Below the pieces are notes generated by a model. That model did not search any database. It saw nothing but the letters and a program-made list of their open reading frames with translations, and was not told the DNA's origin. From Antedon mediterranea (taxonomy: Eukaryota > Animalia > Echinodermata): a stretch of DNA of 64,000 nt. This document shows, one piece after another, positions 14,701 through 29,700 of the stretch; position 1 is the first letter of the stretch, and each line of letters begins with the position of its first letter. The position numbers were made by a program, and so were the translations under genes. The stretch is from NCBI RefSeq assembly GCF_964355755.1, contig NC_092674.1:12772001-12836000 (forward strand). The letters are read 5' to 3'.

Positions 14701-17700
14701 GAGTTTACAGAAAGAGAAAAGTAAATTGAGCAACCGTTTAGCTTGATACAAAAGATAGTAAACTAAAATTGTTCACATTAGGCTATTTCTTCTTAAAGAA
14801 AAATGTCAGCCCGTACTATGAGCTAACTTACTGGTAAGTCAGGTGGAATCACAGTGACAAACGCGGTGATAACTTTAACCAATCCCATAGGATCTACCAC
14901 TACTTCGTCTTTCAATGATTCATTATCAGGCATGTAGATGATGTCACCAAGATCATACAGGAAGTTAAGCAAGGCCGACTGTTGATTTTCATCAAGAATT
15001 CCGCTTTTTCTTGCCAGTACTTTAACCTGAAAAGTTTAAATCAAAATACAAAAATCTAATTGTCTTTTCTTGCATCGTATCCGTCGCCGTTATTTATTAC
15101 AGATCTACTGTAATGTAATGTACAGGATTTGAACCTGAGATAAGGCTAGCTTTTACTAGATAACTCAGATACGTTATACCATGGATGAAACTCTAATCGT
15201 TCGTCTTCGAAGAGGTATATTATAATACTCACTAGATAACCATTGTTGTAATATGATATAGAACTACAGTATAGAGTTATCTAGTATTACCATTACTAAG
15301 TAATAGTAAAAATGTGTAATACGAACAGTGTTATGGTTGTTTTTTCTTTTTACTATAAATAAATGTACATTTTAAAATAATTTTAACAAATCAAAACCGT
15401 ATGTCAAAAAATGTACCATTTTAAAATATTTATTGCACAATGTTTAATGTAGTGGTACAATAATGGATATTTCTCTTCAAATTTACCTCTTCTAAAGTAC
15501 ATATCAGTTTCTCTACACGTAGATTGTAAATTTCACATCGAAAGCGCATCCACTTTAACGGAATAATCTTTCTTAATTGGTTCATAAGCTTATTAATTTC
15601 TTTTTTAAGATCATCAAAGCTCTTATCAGTGGTTGCCTCACTGTTCTCAACAGCAAACATTCGATGTACATGTTTTTGGTACGGTTTCCCTATCAGAGCC
15701 TCATCAATCTTCTTTAACAACTTCTTTGACTGAATTTAAACAAAAAAACAAACAAATCTGGTTGTAACATATCTAAAATTGTGAAGATTTATCAATATAA
15801 AATACCGTACAGGTTATACATGCAATATTAAACATGCTATGTCATTTATTTGTTTGTGTATGGAACACCCACGTTCGTAGTGATCGACCAGAAAATATTC
15901 ATCATGTTTAATTTGGCTTTTCTGAATGGAACGCTAACATTGATTACATTTCACAAGTCTACATACATACAATTGATTAACATTTTATGCATATAATAAC
16001 CTACTGTATAGATTGTCTTAAATTTACGTTTTATGGTAAATCATGATAAAAAGAGAGAAACATATTAACCTAAGTAGATCGCATCGAATCGACGATTTTT
16101 AGGCCTAGCCTAGCTAGGTTTTTTTTGTCTTTGCTGCATTAATTGGCTGCATTGATCGATCGAAAATGGGTGAATCGCAGAAGAATAATTAGGCCATATA
16201 TACATGGCTGCAGTCGCGTGCTCAAGTTAGTGTTTACCGACTAACCAACCGACCGACATAGTGGGCTGTAGAGTTGCATTGCATGGGGCTAAAAATGAAA
16301 ATATCAATCCGATTTATAGCGGGCCACTCGATTAAAATCGATTATATAATCGACTTATTTTTTACATTTTTAACCGTTTAAAGACCAAAAAAGTTATCGC
16401 AATAGGACCATATATTATAATGTTTGTAGATTAAATATAGTTTGTGACCTTAAATTAGATCTAAAAAACGTAGAGAATGGAATTTTTTACAAATATTTAA
16501 CTGGAAAACTCGTTAACCAGAATATAAAACGTTGCCGTATGAATGTATCTACTATTACAAGTCAGATCACCGGTACCGGGTTGATGTTTTATAATGTTTC
16601 ATTTATATCGTCAACATATACAATTTTGAAGAAACTTCATCGTGCCTTTTACCATATTTCTTTCACATAATTGAATTGGTGTCATCGACTTTTAAATCGT
16701 TGGAAAGTGTGCTAATACATGTTAGCTTATTGTTGAATGTTAACTAAAATAAATAAAAAACTTATATTGTGTAGGAATCGAACATTGGCTCCTAGGCCTA
16801 TAATGAATGGACATATCTAATAAAACAATTAATCAAAACATAATGGCATTATCTACTTTGGAATATGTTTTACATTTTGTTTATATGTGCATAAAATCAA
16901 AGTAATGTATCTATAATTGAGTACGAATATAACATACCTTGTCATTTCGTTCCTCTTCCGTGTCTCCAAGCTTTCCTTTGTGCGTACCCACAATAAGAAT
17001 AACAGGCAAATTAACTTTCTCCTTTATATTCTCAATAACTTTACGGCTATGAGAATAAACTGAGAGAATCGATGATAATATGAATTGGAGATTGGTCCAA
17101 TGGTGTACACGTTCGCACTAAACAAATTGAAACAAATATGTTTCTATATTATGACAAACAACATACATCTCAACAATTGTTTATAAATTAAACAAATCAA
17201 TGAATTATCTTCCAATGAGATGGGCGTACAGATTGATAAAGTATCATAACAATGACTATTGAACGTAAATACTTACCCCATTTGAATCCAATAAAATGGC
17301 AGGATCATCAAGGGGTTTACTCATATCGAATACAACCAGATACACTGCATTTAATGTCATAAGGAGCTAAAAAACACAATTATATCAGTTTAAAACAGTA
17401 ACATTAATTAATATTGAACAAATATGGCATGTCCTAAAGTAAACGTTATATTCCACTACGTTCATATTGAATGGAAAGTGTCGGCTATTGAAATCAATTA
17501 ATTTTCAATTACCTTTGATTTCTCATACTTTCAACCTGTTATGTACATTTATTAAACAATTTCTAAAAAAAAATGTAATGGTAGATAATAATACAAAAAA
17601 ACTATACCGCTTTTTAAACTTAAGGCAATTTTTTGAGAATTTTTAATTCAATGCAGTCTCATAGGTCTACTTACACGAATAATTCCATGGTAGATCGGCT

Positions 17701-20700
17701 GTCCTCCGTGATCCATTATTTTAAACATATTTTTCAAAGGAGACATCTCTGTTTCTTTTTCAAAAATATCCTGAATGATATCTTTATCCAGTTGATCACG
17801 TACATCAAATGACGCATTTTCAGGATTGTCGTTTTTGGCGGTTTTGAACTCTTTTAAATATAATTGAATAAATAAATAAATAACATTAAAATAAGCACTG
17901 TATTAGTATTGTCATCTAAAAATCATTATTATAATTATCTTAACAACATCATTGGCATTGACAACATCATCATTGTCAACATAATCGTCACCATTGTTGT
18001 CATCAATTTTAGATTTTCATGTCGATTATGTCGACTGATTCGATATGACGTCAGTTTATTGGTATGCATACGCAAGACAACTGGCACGTCGACTGCCACA
18101 TTATGAGAACTTGTTCAGTGGCATTTTTCGTTCGCTCTCATACATACGTACGAGTGGACGTATGACTTTATATCACTGCAAAGGTACAGTATATCAAAGA
18201 GTGGCGGAGAATGATCTCGCGATGATTTTCTGAGAATATAGTAAAGTGCCTTTCAGTTAAATAATAGTTGAATGATTGTTATTGGTTATATTTAAATAAA
18301 TAGTTTAATAATACAGGTATGTATATTTACTATACTGATTTAGGTTTACTACTGGCCACTGGAATAGTTCCACACGAGAGCTACTAGAGATTACAAAGTC
18401 AGATCTCAAGGTCATGACTGTATGTCATACATTCCCTTGCACGCCAACGTAACGCCACTTATGTTCATATATCTACGACCCATGTGGATGTGAACTCTGT
18501 GCACGTTCACTCAAACCTGCTATCAACAAAAACACTATCAATAACACATTCCTGCAAGTATATTCTAAAAACTAGGCATTATACATGTTGTACTTTCATT
18601 AATTGCTTGTCACCGTATATTAGTGGATTTTTTAAGACGTTTTTTTCATTAGTATTCACTCAACGAAGTGCGATTATTTCACAATTGTAAATCAACAACC
18701 AAACACACCTGTTTAAAACATATTTAATTGTCAAAACATGTTAGTAATAAATTTGGGAACAATGTTATAAAAAAAAATACAATGTTATTAGCATAAATTA
18801 TTATGTATGTTAATGAAAAGGAAAATGTGTTGAAAGAGAAATGTAAAAAATGAATACAAAATAATAATGTTTATATGTATCGAAATAAAAGTGGGATGAA
18901 CCAAAGTAAGACAAAAACAAAACACACCTTCTTCAGTTGACTCATTGCTTATCTGAAAATCAAGAAAAAAATGTATAACATTGTAATATTTCTCCGGCTA
19001 AATTACTTTCGGTAGTCATTGGTTTTAAACTAAGCAACACAAAGTTTTCTTTAACATATTTGTACCGTTGTGCAATTTTAAGAAAATGTCAGGTGAATTG
19101 TTGATCCACTGCCAGTTTTATGAAAATATAAGAAAAAGAACATCTAACCAATCTGAATGTGCATAAGCTTAAAAATATTTTTATTAAAAATAACTTCAGT
19201 TTTTTTTGCATTATATTTAGTTGAAGAAAAGACATTTCTGTTTGTCCAAATATGAATATGACCAAATGTAAAATTGGGCAGAGGTTTTTCTTTCATCGAA
19301 ATTATTATTATTATTATATCTATTTTTATTAATTTTTATTTATCTAATCACACTCAAGACCAGTCATTTCTGGCTCATAAGTATAAACAAGGATAACAAT
19401 AAACAAATGAAATCAAATAAACCAATGAAATGATCTACAGTATTAAGAAAATGTCAGGTGAGTTGGTTAATACAGCGATGTTTGCTTTTATTTCGTGTTT
19501 ATATCGGATAACTTGTTCTGTACATAACTCCTTTCCCACCATGGGCCCAGTGCGCAGGGTCATGATCAGAACACTAGGAGGCACTATAATGACACTACTG
19601 TAGAAACGGCTTCTGATGGAACGTAATAATAGTAAAGTATCTTGCCTATGCACTATGACACAGAAAATGTTCTCAAATACAAGTCTGACATTCCCTGCCA
19701 TTAGACTAAATCGGTATCTGAAATGACTATAGAGATTTCTGGAAGATCTTCCACGCCAAATTCTACCTGGCCAAACTCCCTAACTTTAGTGATCTGATAC
19801 GATCTATTGTAAGCACGATACATCACTTTTTTCATGTTTTCAAACTACTGAAATATAAATAATTTGCTTTGTGTATACGTACGTGTTCAAATGAAGCGGC
19901 AGCCTTAGACTCTTCTACTACAACCTCTTCTTTAACTTCTATCTTTCCTTTCACATTTACTTTAGCAATTTTTGGATTACCTGCACATTAATAAATGTTA
20001 TATTAATCATTTATCTATATTCTGGAGTGAACAACATTCTATGAGAACTACAAACGTAGTACAGTTAATCACACGATTTATATAAAGCTACAAACTGCAC
20101 GTTTGTTTCTGTATAATTTAACGATTGTTCATACACATAAAGCATAGACATTGACAATTATAAAAACAAAATACTTTTTAAACCTTCATATGTTATTAAA
20201 TTAAATTAAATCATATATCCATTTAAGTTTGATCATCTATTCCTAATGTATCTAGGGTAATCATGGGAAAAATTGAGAAACACATTTTCTACTGAACTTT
20301 GCGAAGATTTTAGGTTTACACAATGTAAAAAATAACAAAACGTACCACTGTTCGAGGCTGTTTCGTTAGTCACAACCTAAACGAAATAATAATTAATTAT
20401 TTTAAGATTCAAAGGTAAAGTAATGCTGGTTTCATAGTTTGTAATTCCAAGGTTTAGGACTAGCCTAAATATTTATATAGTATATACGTACATTTTTCAA
20501 AGAGGACTCAACCTTACGTTCTTCTACTACAACTTCTTTTTGAACTTCTATTATCCTTTTAATATTTTCTTCGGCATGTTTTCGAAACAATGAAGTGGGA
20601 TCATCTAAAAATTAATTAATGTTTAAATATGTTTTTACAACACACATTTTAAGATTTATTCATTGACATATCACATTTCCCAGCAAACATAACTTATTTT

Positions 20701-23700
20701 AGAAAATTCAGACATAGTGTTAGAATACTGTACATCCTACTACAGTAGTATGGCCCTCTAACGGTAGGTAAACAAAAGTTATACATTCCATCTTATCCGT
20801 TGTATACGTGTTGATACACGGATACGTATGCGTTATACACGTGGGTTTGCTCTCGCATCAGTACGTGTCATTTAAATTGAAAAAGGATATTAAATGTTTC
20901 AATTTGAACAGTCTGCCTTTTATAGAACTTTTTGATTGGAATTGAAAATAATTGTGTTTGGGCGAGCAATATAACTTAACAAACTGTGTCGATTATTCGT
21001 CAAAATAGAAGAACTTTCAATTGTTTGAACAATAAAATACAATTTGCTTAATACATAGTTATATTGTTCGTCAAGATAATTACATGTTGTCTTATCTCAG
21101 AGTTTATTTATAAAAACATCTCTGAGGTTCTATTTAAAAAAGAAACATATTAAAATAAAAGAAGGTTATTTATTTAATGTAAGAGAAATTGGTATGATTT
21201 ATTCTATAGTAAACTTTTATTCCGAGGTCTGCAGCAATATCCATATCAGATGTGATGAATTGACTTCCCAACTCATTCAATACATTACTAATTTTATTTT
21301 GTGTTTGATGGATGGTCTACAAACGATGAGTTTTACCACTTTCTTCATCTTCTGTCCATTTGGTGAGTTCTTTAGCATTTGTTTCTACAGTTTTGATCAC
21401 AGAAACACCATCTGTGATCTCGTGTTTTTCGTTAAATCTGAAAAATATTCGAATATATACAAAACATTTAGTGATCATAGTGTGAATTATAGAAGCTCCA
21501 TAATTGAATAGGCCTACTACTACAGTATGTCTAGAGAAAATAACATAAATGTTACAGTTACAAGTCCAAAACACATACATTTTACAAAATAAACTAAATA
21601 ATATCTCTCTATATTCCTATATAAACTTGCACGTTATATTAACAAACTCAAAACGGGGTTCAATCCCTTGACTTTAAGATTGGAAAGCTAAAATAGCCAA
21701 CTAATCATTAAACTGGTTTTTCCCGAAATTGATATTCAAAACTTCAACAAATCTTGACTAAGTTAAGATTATGAATTTTAGACCTTGAAAACGAAAAGGG
21801 AATATAGACAGGGATTGAAAGGGAAAAACGAATCTGTAAAGTTTTTAAATGCAACGAGGTAACACTATCGTGAACACTGTAATAAATCTTCAGAGTTATG
21901 GAAAGGGAAAGCATTTAGTAATTTTAAAACATAAATAGGCCTGCATACGTGTACAGTATTATATTAGGCCTACATCAAAAATACATTGTAAAAAACATTT
22001 AAAAAACAGAAAATAATTAATAATAATAAACAAATTCTACAGTCAAGATTAATATGAATTAATTGTTAATATTCACATCTGGAAGATTTTCTATTATTGA
22101 ATAAAATGTTAATATAATTATTTTAAAAAGGGCGCCGCCTCCCGTTCCATCCAATTGTACAAGTGTGAATGTACAATAGCATTAGATATGGCTCTCATTC
22201 GAACTACGCGCTTATGAACATTATCATTATGTTCGTGATATCATTCTTAATTGCTACTTACTTGTTTCCAAGGCAAGCGTTGACAAGAGATGTTTTACCA
22301 ACACCTTCCTGTCCAATAACTTTAACCATTCCAAGATTCACTTCAATTTTACCTTCTGTTAATGCTTCAATATAAGTCTTTTCTACAAGCTTACCACGAG
22401 CAGTAATCGCATATGGAATATCTAGATCTATTAATTATATAATTTAATAAAATGAACAGTTAAAATGAACATTACTGTTTTTGAGTAAATACATTACAAT
22501 TGCGTTGGTGTACAATGCTATGAACTCTATAAAGTTTAAGCTAAACTCATTCAAAGATGTCTCATATTATATTGTCTATTAATTCGGATTTATATTAAGT
22601 AGCATATATAATTAAGATCCACTCAAGTCAATCGTCTTCGAAGTTGTAATGTGTTTGTAGCCTAATGATTGCATTACACGGTAAAACAATTAACGTAATA
22701 ATGTGATTTGATGAAATACGATTAATCACTAGAATTTATAAAAGCAATACAGTAGTCTTTATTTAAAGACCAAATACATTATACGCATATAAGCGTATGA
22801 AATAGTTTAAAAAAAAAAAAAAAAAAATGAAAAACACTTCGGAAATAACAATATTCTTGCTTAAAATTCTATTGTATGGAACAATATTCATACCTCCTGT
22901 CGATGTAATATCTATGTCGGGCAATGGTCCACCTAAAACAAAGTTAGAATGTATGTGTAAATAAAAGTACATGAAGCAAAATGCAAAAATTTAAGAGACA
23001 GTGTAAAAACCTCAGACCTCACTCACACCATACTGGTGTAACATGGGCTTTAAATGCAGCGTTGGAACCAGTTATTCCGTGTGACATAATAGAGGCATCG
23101 CCCATCTCCAACAAAATTTCCACTAAAAATGGTTTTGTTTAAAATGGCTGATTTTTATATTATTTTATATTGATTTGTTTCTTGTAAAGCGGGCTATAGG
23201 CCTAAATGCGATAGAAAATAATATTTATAATTATTTTCTCAAACTCAAAGCCCACAGTATAAAATACACAGTAGGTAGTTAGATATAAGAAATACAAACA
23301 TTGATTAAAGATCACGGTCCTGTTCATGGTTGTGTATTTATTGTTTGATTTTGATATTATATTTTTTTCATATTGCACAGGTTTTTGTTTGTTTTTTTTT
23401 ATTACGCTATAAAAAAAGATTTGTAGAATGTGCAAGTTATTTGTATTATTGTCATAGTTTTGATTATCTATTAAGTGTGTAGAGGCCTGTTTTGTTATTG
23501 TTATTATTAAAACAATAATTAAAAATATCAAAAACTTTATTTCTTAAATAATCCCAATTTGATTCTATTAATAATGTTAAAGAATATAATGTGATTTTAA
23601 GTAAAAATCTATAATCTGTTTTGATGAGAATCGAGTCAGGAAACTTGTATTAATAATAATCATTGGCTTAGAATTTACTTACATTGTTATTTTTTGTTTT

Positions 23701-26700
23701 AATATCTAAACTTTATTTCTTAAATAATTCCAATTCTATTAATAAAATGTAAAAGAATATAATGTGATTTTAAAGAACAACAATCATTGGCTGAGAATTG
23801 ACTTATATTGTTATTTATTTTACTTAAAAAAATAAACAAGTGAAAACACGACAATGTGAAACATTACAAACTAAACCTATTTTAGATAGTAAGTTATGGC
23901 AAGCCTCAGCTGTCTGAAGTATTCAAAATATTATATTATTATATCATTTTTTTATTATATTATATATTGTATTGTAACGAATTATACGTTTTGCATTATA
24001 TTACTTGGTTTTAGCATTATATTATATCTATTTCTAATATATTATGTGAAAAATGTAACAAATTATTGACTTTTTGTATTATATTATTTGGTTTTAGCAT
24101 TATATTATGAACATTTAATATTATATTATTAATAAAATACATTATATTATAATATAATTGTATTATATTAAACGCATTTACTTTACTTTATAACATACAA
24201 CATTATTATATTATACGGATTCGTTAGTTATATTATTATTTTGTATGATTTTTATTATACGTCACGGCTTATTTCAGTTCTTCTAACTCTTTCTCTCCCT
24301 CCCCCTGTTCACTAGCAATCAGTGGCCGGCAGAATCTGAATTGTGTGACTGTTGAAGAATAACTACGTACTAGGCCTAGCCTAGGATCACCGGACAGCTA
24401 CAACTAATACTACAATACAATAATACTACTACAATAACTACTACTGCTACTACTGTACCTAGGCCTAGCTAGTGAGTAGTAGGTAGCTACTACTAGGCTC
24501 TAGGGCGTATGTATGATGTTAACTTCTAGGGCCTAGGCTAGGCCTAGAGGCCTACTAGTACTAGGCTAGGCCTAGACTTAAGTTGTAGTAGGCTAGGGCC
24601 GGGCCTGCTGCCTTAGGCTAGGCTACTACTACTACTACTAGGCAGCCCATGATGGGTACGAGTAAGCCAAAATTTTGGATATATGTAAACCAAAATTTGG
24701 GTACGAGCGTGTTGGCATGGCATGGGTACGGGTTGACCTGTATCCTTCTAGCTAATCGTACTATGCCTAGGCCTCAAGTAAGTCTACGCTACCCAGTCCG
24801 GCTACAATATGGTCTATTTTGTTTTATAGCTTTATTGATAGCTGGGTTCAAATCTGGGTTGGGACGGCTTTTTCTCACTCTAAAACAGATTTCCTTATCA
24901 TAATAAAATAATATATGAATTTATTTGTAATATTGTAATGTATACATAATATTAATATAAGTAATTGCCATTGCCTTTATTACTATTAATTATGTATTAT
25001 ACGGTTACCCCTTAATTATACTATAGTATAATTTCCTTGTTATATTTTACAATATTTTCTTCCTAATTCTACAATTTTGTCTTTCACAGCACAAATTTAT
25101 CATACTGAATCATCACACACCAAGTCTCATAAATCTCTACTGTATTTGTCCAAGCTACTCCAGCTACATTGTATTGCTTTGAGGCTAAACTACACGGTAT
25201 ACTGGCACTACCATCATTCCTGGCTCGTCAACCTGTACCACATAAGCACAGTTTCAGTTTCAGTTTATTTACCATTTCAATTTCTGAACATAAGAGATGA
25301 ACAACTTATATGGATGGATAACCGTAAGAGCGAAGCTCGTTTACAGGACAGGACAAAGGTGCAATACTTAACAAGACATGTGAACACTTGTGTTTGCAAC
25401 CCCTTGGATAAAATAATATATTTATATAAAGGAGAAAGTTAGATATTATAATATTTCTTTTTGATCATACAATGATAATTTTTAAATTACTTCTTAAGAA
25501 GTCATACTACTGATTCAAAATAGTGACTTATACCCTGTGGTCAATGCTTTATTTGCTCTTATGTTTATTTCCTCCAACATACAGAGTACATAGGACTTTT
25601 TTTATTCAGAACTGTTGAATTGTTTCCCAATACATAGTACCTATTGGTATTATATCTAAAAATACAAAGGCGGCTAACACAGATAGTTCCATATATACAG
25701 TACTCTTTCATAGATAGATGTATCTCTCCAAACTGCTCCCAACTACCTAATCTAATAATAGTACTATTAGCATACTACTATACACTTTGTAGACAAGAAA
25801 TAAGTTGTATACACCTACAGGACTTATGGTAGTACAGTCGATCGCCCTCTCACTGGCCCGGTCAACATAATCTATACCTAGATTATTACAGTAATTAAAG
25901 TACATCATTACAGAATTTTTTTTTTTTTTTGCAGAAATCAAAGTTATGTGTATAGAAAGAGGTACTCGTATTAAAAACTAAGCAGGTTGCAGGTCTTGAA
26001 TGCAAACTGGCAGGATATTTTGAATATTTTTTGTTGTTGAAATGATGGAATCCTAACTTCAATTTCCACGAACTGGAGACGAAGACATATTATGACCCTT
26101 TTATTTAAATTTAATTGAATAGACCTCCATGTAAAGTCATTAAAGGCTACATGATTGTTTTATATTTTAATATGTGATAGTAGGAAATCATTGTGTATAA
26201 TGAGGAGTATGAATCTGATATTTACTTGCATTCTTATCTTTTTAAAATATTATTTATAATGCCGGTAATGAGTTTAAAATTTAATTATATGGACTATTTT
26301 TGATAATCATCATGTCCTTATAAATTCATTTATACTTTTTTTGTGTAATATAGTTCATATATTATGTATTAAATAAATTGGTAAGGCCCTATACTGTTAT
26401 TATTTAAGGAAAGTTTATATACATTATTATTTTATGCCTACCAATATTAGTATTAATTGTTTATGTAAATATTTTGTCTAATTCCCTTGATTTTTGTATA
26501 GGCCAATGGCATCAATGTTCTTCTCAAAGCAAATTAGCCTAATAATGCCACATTTAGACACATGATTCATTGATTTCTGATATTCTGTACTTGTGTATGC
26601 ATTACTAAAATAGTAGTTAATATATTTCATTTATAATGTATGTATAAACATATATTCATATTTTTTTTAAACATTTTTAAATTTAAAAATTATTACAATA

Positions 26701-29700
26701 CCTATCTACCTTTCTGATATTGTTACTATTATATAATATTTTTTGAGGCAGCAATAAAAAAAAATTAAAAAATTTATTTGACTTATACTGTACTATGTTA
26801 GTTCAGGAGATGAAGTGTGTGTGGGCAGAAACTAGTGTGTTGGAGGTTGGTGGTGTGAGGTGTATAGTTGTCACTTTAAGACCTAAATTAGATGTTTTCT
26901 GAAGAAAAGAAGTAAGCGGATACGCTTTCAAACAACTCCAAGAAGATTCACACAAAAATAATTACTTTCCAATAAAATAGTATAACAGTGTATATTACAG
27001 TACATTGAATAAACTCGAGCGGAATAATAACGCACATAAAAAACATTCATTTTCTTGTCGAAAAGTGCCCTCTCTAGTTTTCTATTAATTTATTAATAAT
27101 TATTATCAATTAATGAGTAATATAAACATATTTTTAAAATTTAATGCTGGAAACTGTATCTACTCCTAACAAAGTTTCATATCTCCAAATTTCATCAACG
27201 TATTCAAAGCACTTAAATAAATTACATTTAACATTACAAATTCAGGTTTTGGATATAATTTTGCTTAAAAACATATACAAAAAACATCGATAAAAAATAC
27301 TTTTCGTATTCAAAAACATTTGATACTTGGTATAAATGTTCAATATAGGTTGCTCCATCCATATTGCAAACAAAAAATAACTATCAAGCCATATCACTGA
27401 TTTTTTAAATTTACGTTTTTACAAAATGTACACTTATGAAAGACCATACAATTCCAACTCATTTTTTTCAAGCTACTAACTATTTTGAAAAAACGACCAA
27501 CAAAAAACGTTCATGAATGCAATTTTTTTTTCTGTGAATAGAGCAACCTATAGTGAACATTTATACCAAGTATCAAATGTTTTTGAATACGAAAAGTATT
27601 TTTTATCGATGTTTTTTGTATATGTTTTTAAGCAAAATTCTATCCAAAACCCGAATTTTTATGTTAAATGTGATATTTAATATTGAAGTGCTTTGAATAC
27701 GTTGATGAAATTTGGAGATATGAAACTTTGTTAGGAGTAGAACCAGCTTCCAGCATTGAATATTAAAAATATGTTCATATTACTCATTAATTAATAATAA
27801 TTATTAATAAATTAATAGAAAACTAGAGAGGGCACTTTTCGAAAAGAAAATGAATGTTTTTTTATGTGCGTTATTATTCCGCTCGAGTTTATTCAATGTA
27901 CTGTAATATACACTGTTATACTACTTTATTGGAAAGTAATTATTTTTGTGTGAATCTTCTTGGAGTTGTTAGAAAGCGTATCCGCTTACTTCTTTTCTTC
28001 AGAAAACATCTAATTTAGGTCTTAAAGTGACAACTATACACCTCACACCACCAACCTCCAACACACTAGTTTCTGCCCACACACACACTTTATCTCCTGA
28101 ACTAACATAGTACAGTATAACTCAAATTAATTGTTCTAATTTTTTTTTTATTGCTGCCTCAAAGAATATTATATAATAGTAACAATATCAGAAAGGTAGA
28201 TAGGTATTGTAATAATTTTTTAATTTAAAAATGTTTAAAAAAATATGAATATATGTTTATACATACATTATAAATGAAATATATTAACTACTATTTTAGT
28301 AATGCATACACAAGTACAGAATATCAGAAATCAATGAATCATGTGTCTAAATGTGACATTATTAGGCTAATTTGCTTTGAGAAAAACATTGATGCCATTG
28401 GCCTATACAAAAAATCAAGGCAATTAGACAAAATATTTACATAAACAATTAATACTAATATTGGTAGGCATAAAATAATAGTGTATATAAACTTTCCTTA
28501 AATAGTAACAGTATAGGGCCTTACCAATTTACTTAATACATAATATATGAACTATATTACACAAAAGAAATATAAATGAATTTATAAGGACATGATGATT
28601 ATCAAAAATAGTCAATAATTAAATTTTAAACTCATTACCGGCATTATAAATAATAATTTAAAAAGATGAGAATGCAAGTAAATATCAGATTCATAGTCCT
28701 CATTATACACAATGATTTTCTACTATCACATATTAAAATATAAAACAATCATGTAGCCTTTAATGAGTTTACATGGAGGTCTATTCAAATAAATTTAAAT
28801 AAAAGGGTTCGTGGAAATTGAAGTTAGGATTCCATCATTTCAACAACAAAAATATTCAAAATATCCTGCCAGTTTGCGTTCAAGACCTGCAACCTGCTTA
28901 GTTTTTAATACGAGTACTGCTTTCTATACACATAACTTTGATTTCTGCAAAAAAAAAAAAACCCTGTAATAATGTACTTTAATTACTGTAATAATCTAGG
29001 TATAGATTATGTTGACCGGGCCAGTGAGAGGGCGATCGACTGTACTACCATAAGTCCTCTAGTGTATACAACTTATTTCTTGTCTACAAAGTGTATAGTA
29101 GTATGCTAATAGTACTATTATTAGATTAGGTAGTTGGGAGTAGTTTGGAGAGATACATTTATTTATAAAAGAGTACTGTATATATGGAACTATCTGTGTT
29201 AGCCACCTTTGTATTTTTAGATATAATACCAATAGGTACTATGTATTGGGAAACAATTCAACAGTTATGAATAAAAAAAGTCCTATGTACTCTGTATGTT
29301 GGAGGAAATAAGCATAAGAGCAAAGAAGCCTTGACCACAGGGTGTAAGTCTCTATTTTGAATCAGTAGTATGACTTCTTAAGAAGTAATTAAAAAATTAT
29401 CATTGTATGATCAAAAAGAAATATTATAATATCTAACTTTCTCCATTATATAAATATATTATTTTATCCAAGGGGTTGCAAACACAAGTGTTCACATGTC
29501 TTGTTAAGTATTGCACCTTTGTCCTGTCTTTATGTTGTCTGTAATGTCACTGCACTAACGGGTGGCCGGTAAACGAGCTTCGCTCTTACGGTTATCCATC
29601 CATATAAGTTGTTCATCTCTTATGTTCAGAAATTGAAATGGTAAATAAACTGAAACTGAAACTGTGCTTATGTGGTACAGGTTGACGAGACAGGAATGAT

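Noticed and set aside
21170-21336. Frame stays open ~48 codons after a TAG downstream of exon 21337-21437 (readthrough or premature stop?)
   Set aside because: The G|GTAAAA donor at 21336 is phase-compatible with the next exon and precedes the TAG; no good donor follows.
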